Shown piece after piece: positions 17,413-27,464 of a DNA stretch of 32,000 nucleotides (position 1 is the stretch's first letter; each line of letters opens with the position of its first letter). The notes beneath the pieces are model-generated. The model did not search any database. It saw only the letters and a program-made list of their open reading frames with translations, and had not been told where the DNA came from. The position numbers and the translations under genes are program-made. This stretch comes from Candidatus Helarchaeota ASGARD archaeon Hel_GB_B (GTDB lineage: Archaea; Asgardarchaeota; Lokiarchaeia; Helarchaeales; HEL-GB-B), in NCBI GenBank assembly GCA_005191425.1, contig SUPR01000001.1, positions 40,380 to 72,379 on the forward strand, in the 5' to 3' direction.

Positions 17413-17948
17413 ATTAAAAACCTTTTTTATTTTAATTTATCCTTAATATATATGTGTGGTTTTAAAAATTTTGAACATTGAATTATTTTAAATTATATTG
17501 ATCTTTAATATTTATATGTTTAATTTAAAGGTTTAATTTAAAGAGATTTTGATGATTTTTTAAAAATACAAATTTTAATTTTTTAATTTATATTTTTAGG
17601 AATTTCTGTATTACACATAAAAATATTAGACTTTTTGAGAGAAATATCCGTTATTTATATTTTTAAATATTTTGTTATTATATTTTCTGACTGTAAAAAA
17701 GCAGATTTTAGATTAGACATATTTAAAATACAATAAATTACTGATAAAAAGGTTAGTAATTTAATATCTTACATTTTATAATTTTTTTTATAAGTCAGAT
17801 TAACTGAAATTTATATTGATTAAGTTTAAATAAAATAATAATGTTTCAAATATTAATTTTTTAATCGATAACGAAATATAAATATAATAACTACTAATAG
17901 TTAATATCAAAATCACTATTTAATTTGTTTTCACTTTAAAAAGTTAAT

Positions 17949-18617
17949 TTAAAAAAAGGTGTTAATGAAAGAAATTATCGAATAACCATTGAATTGGAGA
18001 TATACTTCAATAATTGAGATTATTAATATGATAAGAAGAAAAATGTAATTATTAAAAATTCGCCAAATCCGATCATTTGTATAAATTATTTCACTATTTT
18101 TTGGATTTTTAATATTTAAAATTTTACATAAACCCATTCCTAAGAATAATCCCGAAAATATACTTATAATCGCAAATAAGGCATCTTCAGAATAATCAAA
18201 TATACCTACTAAAAACCGGTAATTCACTATTAGGTCAAATAAAACTAACATTATAATTAATGTACAGACTCCAGAAATGATTACTGCTATAATAGAATTT
18301 TTTGATAATTGGATTATAGGTTGCACCATAAAAACTATGCAAATTAAAATTAATAGAATGTACGGAATGAATTCATAATATTGAGCAAAAATTAACGGTA
18401 CACCTAATGATATTGTAGAAATTATATCCAATATAGTAAAAAATAAAAACATTTCACCTGCTAAAAAATAAAATAAAGACCCCCAGCTTAATTTTGGTTT
18501 TTCATCTGATTTTAGACCCCAGAAATTAAAACTACTAATAACTTTCGGTATAAAAAATAAAATTATCCCAAATAAATAATAAGAAATTCTTAAATCAATC
18601 ATTTTTACAATCTCCAT
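17949..18617 (-). CDS. Hypothetical multi-pass membrane protein
   Basis: 222-aa ORF with about 6 hydrophobic segments; overlaps the 3' end of the phosphoesterase gene by 13 bp. Confidence 0.7.
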   Translation of the reverse strand: MEIVKMIDLRISYYLFGIILFFIPKVISSFNFWGLKSDEKPKLSWGSLFYFLAGEMFLFFTILDIISTISLGVPLIFAQYYEFIPYILLILICIVFMVQPIIQLSKNSIIAVIISGVCTLIIMLVLFDLIVNYRFLVGIFDYSEDALFAIISIFSGLFLGMGLCKILNIKNPKNSEIIYTNDRIWRIFNNYIFLLIILIISIIEVYLQFNGYSIISFINTFF

Positions 18618-19813
18618 GGGTTTGTTTGGTTTAATGTTAAACTATCAAATATAACACCATTTTGATCAATTGCATGTATTGTTAATCGGGTATTATTTAT
18701 TTCAACATGACAAAACTCGTAAACTGACCTAATTATCGCAGAATTTGGGTGAGTATTATAAGCCATAGCTTCTAACTCTGCTCCGCCACCACCTGTAATT
18801 ATATAATGAGTCCCATTTACATTCAGTCTCTCGTAATAATGAATATGTCCATTGAATACAACATCCACTTTATAACGTTCTAATAATGGAATAATTTCTT
18901 GTACCACTTTATATTTCCCTGCAGATGCATAAGCAGGATAATGCCAGTACCCAATTATCCAATTTATATTTTTACTTGCATTTGCTTTAAATAATGTTTC
19001 ATTCAACCAATCTAGTTCAGCTTGGCTAATTCCGTTTCTATTAATATAAGTTTCGGTATTTATATCAAGAGCAAAAAAACAAGTATTACTATAATTGAAA
19101 GCATAATAAAAATCATTATGAGTATAATTCATAAAATATTCAAACCTATGACCATAATCAGGTGCATATTCAATAGTTTCATGGTTACCAATTGAGCACA
19201 TATAAGGGTGAGTGCTTGCATAATCATTAATATCTATGCTATCAAAAAAGCGCTGCCAGTGGTCCTCTCGATTTGGAGCTAAGACAATATCTCCAATATT
19301 TAAAATAAAATTTGGATTTGTTTCTATCATTTTTTTCATGATAATTCTCTGAGCAGAATACCCAAAAAAATCAGGCCTTGTATCTCCTACCACATTAAAT
19401 GAAAAAACAGGTTTATTTGATGACGGTGCAGTCCTAAATTTATAATCTTTATTCATATAATATAAATTACATTCACTGCTATTAATTTTATAATGATATT
19501 CTGTGTCCGGCTTTAAAGATGTAATATTAAAATGATGAATTCTTACAGCTACGGGGTCACTTATGTTAAGGTCTAAATAACTAGAATTTTTTCCCAAAAA
19601 TACAGTTGTTATACATTTTTTCGGGGTTTGAAATGATATCCCAATAGCACTAGAAGCATTTCCAGTAACAATTGAAAGATACGGAGCTTTTTCATAATAA
19701 TTATTATTAACCCCAAAATTAAAATCTCCTGAAAATATTACCAACATAAATGCCCCATATATAATAATAAATAAAAAGATTTTCGCGAGAATTTTTTTAC
19801 CCATTTTTCTCAA
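18605..19813 (-). CDS. Membrane-anchored purple-acid-phosphatase-like metallophosphoesterase with FN3 domain (start probably ATG 19804)
   Basis: N-terminal TM helix, FN3-like H...ITSLKPDTEYHYKI, calcineurin-like motifs GDTR, GDIV, GNHE, WHYP, GHIHYYER. Confidence 0.9.
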   Translation of the reverse strand: MRKMGKKILAKIFLFIIIYGAFMLVIFSGDFNFGVNNNYYEKAPYLSIVTGNASSAIGISFQTPKKCITTVFLGKNSSYLDLNISDPVAVRIHHFNITSLKPDTEYHYKINSSECNLYYMNKDYKFRTAPSSNKPVFSFNVVGDTRPDFFGYSAQRIIMKKMIETNPNFILNIGDIVLAPNREDHWQRFFDSIDINDYASTHPYMCSIGNHETIEYAPDYGHRFEYFMNYTHNDFYYAFNYSNTCFFALDINTETYINRNGISQAELDWLNETLFKANASKNINWIIGYWHYPAYASAGKYKVVQEIIPLLERYKVDVVFNGHIHYYERLNVNGTHYIITGGGGAELEAMAYNTHPNSAIIRSVYEFCHVEINNTRLTIHAIDQNGVIFDSLTLNQTNPWRL

Positions 19814-20353
19814 ACCTATTAAATCAGTTTAGTATTTTAATAAAAATATTATATAATTAAAAAGATATCAGATAATATTTATATTTTATTATTCATTTCT
19901 TAAAAAAATATTAAATAGTCGAGACTTGGAAAATATCCAAATTTTTTTATCCTCATTTTAATTACTTGAGTCCTTAAATGTCAATTATTAATGAAAATAA
20001 TTGATATAAACACGTAAAATTGTTATAACCAAATCAATTTAATATTATAAACAAAAAATTAAAAAGCATCTTAGATATAAGAAAAGAACAGATATATTAA
20101 ATGCACTTTGACCAGAAATATACGGTATAGAATGATGTAAAATTTGGTATTCTAAAATTTACTTGAATTATAATTAGAAACCATTTTGGTTCATGACAAA
20201 ATAGTTTAATTTAAAATTCATATGTTAAATTATTCTTTTTTTGAAATTAATTTTATGTTTTCTGTTTAAATTATTTGTTTAAAATATTTTTAGCCTAACT
20301 TTTAAAAATTCTTGTTATTTATTTGAATTATTAAGTGTCAATAAAGGGAGTTT

Positions 20354-20857
20354 ATGCAAGTCTATATTACAACACTTGGGCGATCTGAATGGGCAGTTAT
20401 CAATAGTTATTATGCAGTTGTTAAAAATAAGAGATATTACCCAGATTTAATTTATATCATAACTGAAGATTTGTTCCAAGATAGAATTCACAAGATAATA
20501 GATGGTCTAAATATCATTTCAAATGAGTTTGGATTTAATCCAGAATATAAATTGACAATTGTAAAAGAATCCGAGTTTTCTGATGCAAAGAATAAAATCG
20601 ATATAATCGCAAAAGATTTAGAAAATTCTAATAATATGATTGCCGTAGATATTACATCTGGTCGAAAAGTATTAGTAATTAATATTCTCTTATTAATATT
20701 CTATTCAAAAATAAAAGTTCAACATATTTTTTATTTAGCAATAAAGACAATTAAAGGGGTTAATAAACCATATGAAATGATACCAATTCAAATTCAATCA
20801 TTAAGAGATTTTATCCAAGAAATTAATGAGGTGAAAAATAGACCAAATGGCACATGA
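20354..20857 (+). CDS. Stand-alone CARF-domain protein
   Basis: CARF motif I YITTLGRS.WAV and motif II IAVDITSGRK, followed by IFYL; no fused effector domain. Confidence 0.75.
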   Translation: MQVYITTLGRSEWAVINSYYAVVKNKRYYPDLIYIITEDLFQDRIHKIIDGLNIISNEFGFNPEYKLTIVKESEFSDAKNKIDIIAKDLENSNNMIAVDITSGRKVLVINILLLIFYSKIKVQHIFYLAIKTIKGVNKPYEMIPIQIQSLRDFIQEINEVKNRPNGT

Positions 20858-21854
20858 AACAATAATTAATCCCCCAGAATTACAAATTTTATTGAACAAA
20901 TTTGACGACTATTCGATATCATTTCCTGCTTTTTCTAAAGATACAATTTTAACTGCAACACCATTTAATGATTGTTATAAAATAAAAGTAAATGATAATT
21001 ATTTTGATTCCGATCGAGATGGTCTTAACATTTTTAACGATATTTATTATTCAGAAATACCAAATAATCAAGATTTTCTAGAATGTCTCTTGTCAAGTAA
21101 TTGTATTACCTATCCTAACGTGGGAGATTTTGAGTATATAAGAAAATCATATAAAAATATCCATAAAAAGGTATATTTTGCTGTGGATACAAATATTCTC
21201 TATCATAGGTTTATCTCTTTCTCTAAATTAAAAGAAGAGAAAATCGTATTAGCACCTACCATTAAAGATGAAATAGAGTCATCAATAAATTATAAATATA
21301 ATAGGGAGGAAATTAATGAAATTAAAAAAATTGTAAGATATAACAAAAATTTATTTGATGAATTTAGAAATAGACGCATAAAAAAGTCAAGAAAGGCAGC
21401 ATATCTTGCATTAAATGAGCTAAAACTTTTAAATATCCTTAATATAGACAGCGTAAAAATAGAGCAAGAAAATTATGAACAAAATGATTTAAAAATTGTT
21501 AGAGAGTTAAAAGCTTTTGAAAATGACTCAGGAGCGTTGGTAGTATTATTAACAGCAGATAGAGCAATGGTAGATTTCTGCAGAATAGAGTCCTTAGATT
21601 ATTTTAATTTTGATTATCCAAACACATTTAATATAAATACATGTTCGGCACAACAATTTAGGTCTTTAATTTTTAATTTAGCCGTTGTTTTTGGATTTAT
21701 AAAATTAAATTCGACAATAATATTCGGCGAATTTTCAGGAAAACACGAGTTAGACAATTTGAAAATTAGATTTTTAAACAAAAACTTGTATAATAAATTC
21801 GAAAAAGATTTAAGCATCTGCCGGAAGTTAGAAAAACTAAATTTTGATTTTTAA
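20847..21854 (+). CDS. PIN-domain ribonuclease with N- and C-terminal extensions
   Basis: YFAVDTNIL, LAPTIKDEI, NDLKIV, VVLLTAD acidic tetrad; overlaps the CARF gene by 11 bp; GAGGTGA SD at 20828-20834. Confidence 0.8.
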   Translation: MAHETIINPPELQILLNKFDDYSISFPAFSKDTILTATPFNDCYKIKVNDNYFDSDRDGLNIFNDIYYSEIPNNQDFLECLLSSNCITYPNVGDFEYIRKSYKNIHKKVYFAVDTNILYHRFISFSKLKEEKIVLAPTIKDEIESSINYKYNREEINEIKKIVRYNKNLFDEFRNRRIKKSRKAAYLALNELKLLNILNIDSVKIEQENYEQNDLKIVRELKAFENDSGALVVLLTADRAMVDFCRIESLDYFNFDYPNTFNINTCSAQQFRSLIFNLAVVFGFIKLNSTIIFGEFSGKHELDNLKIRFLNKNLYNKFEKDLSICRKLEKLNFDF

Positions 21855-22059
21855 AAATAATTTAAAACGAAATAAAAGTTCATTTTTTACTAATTATTAT
21901 TTTTTTATATTAATTTTATAGAATTTATAGAATTTTTATAATCTATATAAATTTTGAAATCTTTAACAAATTAAGAATTTTATATGGTAAACTTTTTAAA
22001 AGTTTATAGTTTTCAAAACTTGAAAAAAATGGTGTTGTCATTTATGAAAAGGTGTCATA

Positions 22060-22971
22060 TTGGAACGAGTTAAAGTATTTGTCCCGGGCCATTTAACTGG
22101 CTTTTTTGAAATTTGCAATGGACCTAATTTATTATCGACCGGTTCTAGAGGCGGTGGGTTATCGATCAATAGTGGTATGCTTACTGAAATTTTAGTTAAA
22201 AATTATGATGAAGATGTAATTAATATAAAAATTAATGGTAAAAAAGTAAATAATGCAATTGTAAGTAAATATATTGTAGATTATTTTTTGAAACAAGTAA
22301 AACCAAATAATTATTATGTAGAAATAAATCATACTACTGAATTTCCAATTGGAAATGGGTTTGGGATGTCTGGGGGTGGTGCTTTAGGAATTTCCTATGG
22401 ATTGAATATACTCTTAGAGTTGAACAAAACTAGGAATGAATGCGCTCAGATTGCACATATAGCAGAAGTAAATAGTAAGACGGGTTTAGGTGATGTGATT
22501 GCACAAACCTTTGGAGGCGTAGAGATAAGAGTGGAACCTGGAGCACCTGGAATTGGAGTTCTAGAAAATATACTATTTATCCCAAATTTGAAGGTAGTTT
22601 GTTATACAAATGGAAAAATAGATACTAATTCAATTATAAGTAATAAAGATCGAATAAATGATATTAATAAAGCTGGGAATATGTTAGTAAAAAAACTATT
22701 GAAATCACCATCTATTTCCAATTTAATGGAATTATCATTCCAATTTGCTCAAAGTTCTGAGCTGATAACGGATGATGTTTTAGATTTATTAAAAATCCTT
22801 CATTCATATGGGTTTCAAAATGCATCTCAGATTATGTTAGGTCGTTCAATTTTTTGTATAGTAAATGAGAATGAAGTGGATAAAGTTAAAGAAATAATTA
22901 ATGACCATACGTCTAAAGGAAATATATTTATTGCAAATATTGACAATCAAGGAGCAAGAATAATAGGTTAA
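22060..22971 (+). CDS. pok: Pantoate kinase (GHMP family)
   Basis: FVPGHLTGFF, GSRG.G, P.G.GFGMSGGGALG, AH.AEV...TGLGDV.AQ..GG.EIR..PG.PG; TTG start. Confidence 0.93.
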   Translation: MERVKVFVPGHLTGFFEICNGPNLLSTGSRGGGLSINSGMLTEILVKNYDEDVINIKINGKKVNNAIVSKYIVDYFLKQVKPNNYYVEINHTTEFPIGNGFGMSGGGALGISYGLNILLELNKTRNECAQIAHIAEVNSKTGLGDVIAQTFGGVEIRVEPGAPGIGVLENILFIPNLKVVCYTNGKIDTNSIISNKDRINDINKAGNMLVKKLLKSPSISNLMELSFQFAQSSELITDDVLDLLKILHSYGFQNASQIMLGRSIFCIVNENEVDKVKEIINDHTSKGNIFIANIDNQGARIIG

Positions 22972-22976
22972 TATAA

Positions 22977-23783
22977 ATGATAGAAATACCAGATGATCAT
23001 CCAAGGGCTGAATCGCTTAGAATAAGGCATGTAATGGAAAAAGGATACATGAATAGAATTGTTGCATTAGCAGGGTTAATTGCACATGGTAGAGGAGAAG
23101 CTTTTGATTACATTATTGGAGAGAAAACAACTCCTCCAGCATTAAAGTCAATAGAAGCAGCATTATCTATGATTAAATTAGCAAAATATCCAGTATTTAG
23201 TATTAACGGAAATACAGCGGCTCTTGCACCAAATGAGATTGTCAAATTTGCAGAAATCTCGGGAATAAAATTGGAAATCAATTTGTTTTATAGAACGGAG
23301 GAACGTATACAGGCGATTAAAAAACATTTATTAGATGTAGGGGCTAAAGAACTTTTTGGTATCTCAGATAGAAAAGCACAAATTCAGGAGTTATCAAGCA
23401 ATAGAAGGTTTGTTGATAAAGATGGAATATTAAAATCAGATGTAATATTAGTACCTTTAGAAGATGGAGATAGGACTGAAGCACTAAGAAAAATGGGAAA
23501 AATAGTTATTGCCATTGATTTAAATCCTCTCAGTAGAACTGCCCAATGGGCAAATATTACTATAGTAGATAATTTTTTAAGAGTTATTAAATTATTTATT
23601 GAAAAATGGCCAGATATTGAAAAAAAATCAGAATCAGAACTAAAACAAATAGTGAGAAATTTTGATAATAAAGAGAATTTAAGAGAAATGATAAAATATT
23701 CAATTGATTATTTAAATAAAATTTCAAATAAAGGAATATATATTGATGAAGTTTTGAATTTCGGATATAAAATAAGAATATAG
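22977..23783 (+). CDS. pps: 4-phosphopantoate--beta-alanine ligase (phosphopantothenate synthetase)
   Basis: IP.DHPRAESL.IR, GLIAHGRGEAFDYIIGE.T, SINGN.AAL, VPLEDGDRTEAL..MGK.VIAIDLNPLSRT. Confidence 0.95.
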   Translation: MIEIPDDHPRAESLRIRHVMEKGYMNRIVALAGLIAHGRGEAFDYIIGEKTTPPALKSIEAALSMIKLAKYPVFSINGNTAALAPNEIVKFAEISGIKLEINLFYRTEERIQAIKKHLLDVGAKELFGISDRKAQIQELSSNRRFVDKDGILKSDVILVPLEDGDRTEALRKMGKIVIAIDLNPLSRTAQWANITIVDNFLRVIKLFIEKWPDIEKKSESELKQIVRNFDNKENLREMIKYSIDYLNKISNKGIYIDEVLNFGYKIRI

Positions 23784-23790
23784 TGATTAT

Positions 23791-25104
23791 ATGAGTAAAA
23801 ATTATAGTGAGAATGTAAAAGTCCAAGTTGCACTTGATTTAATGAATCTTGATCGTGCTGTTCAGATTGCTAAAGAAGCTGTTGAAGGTGGAGTAGATTG
23901 GATAGAAGTAGGGACACCATTAATAAAGTCAGAAGGAATGAATGCAGTTAGAACGCTTAAAAAAGAATTTCCAGACCATAAAATTGTAGCAGATATGAAA
24001 ATTATGGATGTTGGAAGTTTAGAAGTAGAAATGGCTTCTAAAGCAGGGGCAGATATTGTAATAATTTTAGGTGTTAGTGATAATTCTACTATTTTGGAGG
24101 CTGTTGAAGCGGGTAAAAAATATGGGTCCCAAATTATGGTAGATTTAATTAATGTAAATAATTATATTGAGCGAGCTATTACTTTAGAAAAAATGGGTGT
24201 AGACATAATCTGTATTCACATTGGAATAGACCAGCAAGTTTTGGGTATGAACCCTGTGAAAATAACAAAAGAAATAAATGAGGTAATTTCTAATGTAAAA
24301 TTGGCTATTGCAGGTGGTCTTAATTCAGAGACTGCACCTTTAGCTGTAGAAGCAGGTGCTGAAGTTCTTATCATTGGGCATGCTATAACGGCTGCTGAAA
24401 GCCCCACAGAAGCAGTCAAAACAATTAAAAAGGCAATAAAAACTGGAAAACCGATTGAATCAAAATTGATGAAAAAATATAACGAACAAGAATTTTATAA
24501 AGTCTTTTCATTAGTTTCAACTCCAAATATCTCAGATGCAATGCACAGACACCCATGTCTTGAGGGTATACGACCTGTTTGGAAAGGTGCGAAATTAGTC
24601 GGGAGAGCAGTAACTGTAAGATGTTATAATGGTGATTGGAGTAAACCAGTTGAAGCAATAGATATAGCACAAAAAGGAGACGTTATTGTAATTGATGAGG
24701 GTGGAGGCGACATTGCAGTTTGGGGAGAATTAGCCAGCTGGTCATGCAAAATGAAAGGGATTAATGGAGTAGTTATCGATGGCGCAATTAGAGATGTTGA
24801 GGACATAGCAAAAATTGAGTTCCCTGCATTTTCTAGATTCATAAAGTCCAATGCAGGAGATCCTAAAGGTTTTGGCGAGGTTAATATTGAAATTGACTGC
24901 GGAGGACAAAAAATTAGACCAGGTGATTGGATAATTGGTGATGATAATGGTGTTATTGTTATTCCAAAGGAAAAAGCTCAAGAGATGGCAAATAGAGCAA
25001 TAATGATCCATGAAAATGAAAATCGAATTAGAGAAGAAATTAAAAGAGGTAGTACTTTATCTAAAGTTTTGAAATTAAAAAAATGGGAAAAAGTATTAGG
25101 TTAA
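23791..25104 (+). CDS. 3-hexulose-6-phosphate synthase fused to RraA/HMG-aldolase domain
   Basis: HPS barrel: QVALD, EVGTPLIKSEG, ADMKIMD.G, H.GIDQQ, AGGL. RraA: STPNISDAM, GRAVTV, AVWGELA, VIDGAIRD. Confidence 0.93.
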   Translation: MSKNYSENVKVQVALDLMNLDRAVQIAKEAVEGGVDWIEVGTPLIKSEGMNAVRTLKKEFPDHKIVADMKIMDVGSLEVEMASKAGADIVIILGVSDNSTILEAVEAGKKYGSQIMVDLINVNNYIERAITLEKMGVDIICIHIGIDQQVLGMNPVKITKEINEVISNVKLAIAGGLNSETAPLAVEAGAEVLIIGHAITAAESPTEAVKTIKKAIKTGKPIESKLMKKYNEQEFYKVFSLVSTPNISDAMHRHPCLEGIRPVWKGAKLVGRAVTVRCYNGDWSKPVEAIDIAQKGDVIVIDEGGGDIAVWGELASWSCKMKGINGVVIDGAIRDVEDIAKIEFPAFSRFIKSNAGDPKGFGEVNIEIDCGGQKIRPGDWIIGDDNGVIVIPKEKAQEMANRAIMIHENENRIREEIKRGSTLSKVLKLKKWEKVLG

Positions 25105-25114
25105 GGTTATATAA

Positions 25115-26032
25115 TTGAAGATTGGTGTTATGGGCGCCGGAGCAATTGGAAGTTTATTTGGTGGCTATTTAAAAAAGTCAGGGCAAGATGTTATCCTAAT
25201 AGGAAAAGAATGGAACGTAAAACCCATTAAAGAACATGGACTGGAGCTTGTTCCTTTTAATTCTGAGGATACTCTGAACATAAAAATAGAAGCAACAACT
25301 GACCCTGCTACGTGTGGATTCCAAGATTTGGTAATTTTAACAGTAAAAGCTTATGACACAAAATCAGCGCTAATTGATGCAGAACCAATAATAAAATCTG
25401 GACACACTCGTATTTTATGTTTACAAAATGGTTATGGTACCGAAATTATAGCATCACAATTATATGGCAAATCTTCAACATTAAGAGGTGTAACTTCACA
25501 TGGAGCAGTTATTACACCCGGGCACGTAATTCACACTGGTTTAGGTGATACGTTTATTGGTCAGTTAGACCCTAACACCAAAATTGATGATATTATAGAA
25601 ATTTTCAATCAAGCTAATATAAAAACAAAATTTGTTGAAAACATCCAAGATATTATTTGGAGTAAAGTATTGGTTAATGCTTCAATAAATCCATTTGGCG
25701 CATTAACAAAATTAAGAAATGGTCAATTACTTGAAAATTCTGATATTGTAGAATGTATGAAACAAGTTATAAGGGAAGGAGTTAATGTCCTTAATTCACA
25801 TGGAATAAAATTAAATATCAATAATGCAATTGAAAATGCAATTAGAGTAGCCAAAATGACTGCGTTGAATAAAAACAGTATGTTGCAAGACATTGAGAAA
25901 GGACGCCGTACAGAAATAGATTATATAAATAAAGCGATATCAGAATTAGGTAAAGAAAATGGGATAAAAACCCCTATGAATTATTTATTAACTGCTTTGA
26001 TAAAAGGATTAGAATATTCTATTAAAAATTAA
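25115..26032 (+). CDS. panE: Ketopantoate reductase
   Basis: GVMGAGAIGSLFG, VKAYDT, QNG.G, WSKVLVNA.INP..AL, N..SMLQD...GR.TEIDYIN. Confidence 0.95.
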   Translation: MKIGVMGAGAIGSLFGGYLKKSGQDVILIGKEWNVKPIKEHGLELVPFNSEDTLNIKIEATTDPATCGFQDLVILTVKAYDTKSALIDAEPIIKSGHTRILCLQNGYGTEIIASQLYGKSSTLRGVTSHGAVITPGHVIHTGLGDTFIGQLDPNTKIDDIIEIFNQANIKTKFVENIQDIIWSKVLVNASINPFGALTKLRNGQLLENSDIVECMKQVIREGVNVLNSHGIKLNINNAIENAIRVAKMTALNKNSMLQDIEKGRRTEIDYINKAISELGKENGIKTPMNYLLTALIKGLEYSIKN

Positions 26033-26045
26033 ATGGTTTAATAAA

Positions 26046-27248
26046 ATGCAAGAATTTGGAGTACCTGAAAAAGAAATTATTTTAAGACTAACAAAACTAT
26101 TAAAAGACGATAAAAAATATGACTCAGGAAGAATTCTTGGGTCTATGTGTACAAAACCACTTACTATTGCAATAAAAATTTACCAAGATTTTTTCGATAA
26201 AAACTTAGGAGACCCCGGATTATTTCCTGCAACATGGGCTATTGAACGCGATGTTATACGTATGATGAGTACTTTATTAAATAATCCAAACGGTGTCGGT
26301 TACTGCTGCTCGGGTGGTACTGAGGCAAACCTTATTGCAATGAGAATGGCAAGAAATTCTCATGATATTAAACATCCAGAAATTATTGTCCCTCTTTCAG
26401 CTCATGCTTCATTTGATAAAGCAGCTGATTTAATGAATTTAGACATAATTAAAGTACCTTTAAATGAAAATTATCAAGTTGACGTTGAAGGCGTGAGAGC
26501 TGCTATTTCAAAAAATACCGTTGCGATTGTTGGAATTGCTGGGACTACATCATTAGGTGTCATTGACCCAATCAAAGAATTAAATGAAATTGCTATAGAA
26601 AATGACATATATTTTCACGTGGACGCGGCATTTGGTGGACTTGTTTTGCCATTTTTAAAACGACTTGGATATAATATCCCTAAATTTGACTTTACTCTTG
26701 ATGGTGTTAAATCAATTACAGCAGACCCACATAAAATGGGAATGTCTCCGATAGGTACTGGTGGTATAATTTTTAGAGATGCCTCAATTGTTAGGTCCAA
26801 TGCTTTTGAAATACCATATCTAGCTGGTGGTAATTTTAAACAGGCAACAATAATAGGAACGAGGTCTGGAGCATCAGTAATAGCAACATGGGCAATATTC
26901 AAATATTTAGGAATAGATGGCTACTCAAAAATAGTTAAAAAATGTATGAATCTTACACATATCCTTTCAAAAGGAATTAAACAAATTGATGGCGTATCTC
27001 CAGTGATAGACCCAATTATTAATATAGTGGGCTTTGAGTCTGACCGCTACAATATACATACTATTGATAGGGAATTAAGAAAACGGGGATGGGCTTTAGG
27101 TGCATTTCCAAATTTCTTAAGAATTGTAGTAATGCCGCATATTAGAAAATGCCATATTGATGAATTTTTATCTGACTTAGAAGATATTGTTCATCATTTA
27201 AAGGAAAAATCAAGTTATGTACAAAAAACACCCGTAAAAGCATTTTAA
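26046..27248 (+). CDS. mfnA: MfnA-type PLP-dependent decarboxylase (tyrosine/aspartate decarboxylase; likely beta-alanine supply)
   Basis: ILGSMCT.P, NLGDPGLFP, SGGTEAN, HASFDKA, HVDAAFGG, ADPHK (PLP lysine), GTRSG. Confidence 0.92.
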   Translation: MQEFGVPEKEIILRLTKLLKDDKKYDSGRILGSMCTKPLTIAIKIYQDFFDKNLGDPGLFPATWAIERDVIRMMSTLLNNPNGVGYCCSGGTEANLIAMRMARNSHDIKHPEIIVPLSAHASFDKAADLMNLDIIKVPLNENYQVDVEGVRAAISKNTVAIVGIAGTTSLGVIDPIKELNEIAIENDIYFHVDAAFGGLVLPFLKRLGYNIPKFDFTLDGVKSITADPHKMGMSPIGTGGIIFRDASIVRSNAFEIPYLAGGNFKQATIIGTRSGASVIATWAIFKYLGIDGYSKIVKKCMNLTHILSKGIKQIDGVSPVIDPIINIVGFESDRYNIHTIDRELRKRGWALGAFPNFLRIVVMPHIRKCHIDEFLSDLEDIVHHLKEKSSYVQKTPVKAF

Positions 27249-27464
27249 TATCACAATTTTTTTGTCCTATTATATATTATACTACCTATTTACTTTTTTT
27301 GATTACTCTTAATGAGTTTATTAATTTTAATATTCTAAATAATTCTTGTTTTGAATCCTAAACTCTTCTGAACATTAATTTTTTAGCATGAGTTCAAAAT
27401 TTTTATAAATTTATATTTTATTTTTGATTTTATATTAGAAAATTATATTATATTTAAGGTCTTT

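Noticed and set aside
17413-17948. Long AT-rich gap as a replication origin or repeat locus
   Set aside because: No ORB-like repeats or adjacent cdc6/orc1 seen; consistent with promoter/terminator DNA.
18605-19813. Metallophosphoesterase as the signal-degrading partner of CARF-PIN
   Set aside because: It has an N-terminal membrane anchor and FN3 domain (likely extracellular), is divergent, ~540 bp away, and is coupled to its own membrane gene.
19814-22059. CRISPR array near the CARF gene
   Set aside because: No regularly spaced direct repeats in either flank; only a 9-mer tandem (tttatagaa x2 near 21916-21933) attributable to low complexity.
24216-25011. Four small minus-strand ORFs
   Set aside because: Antisense shadows of the well-supported HPS-RraA gene.
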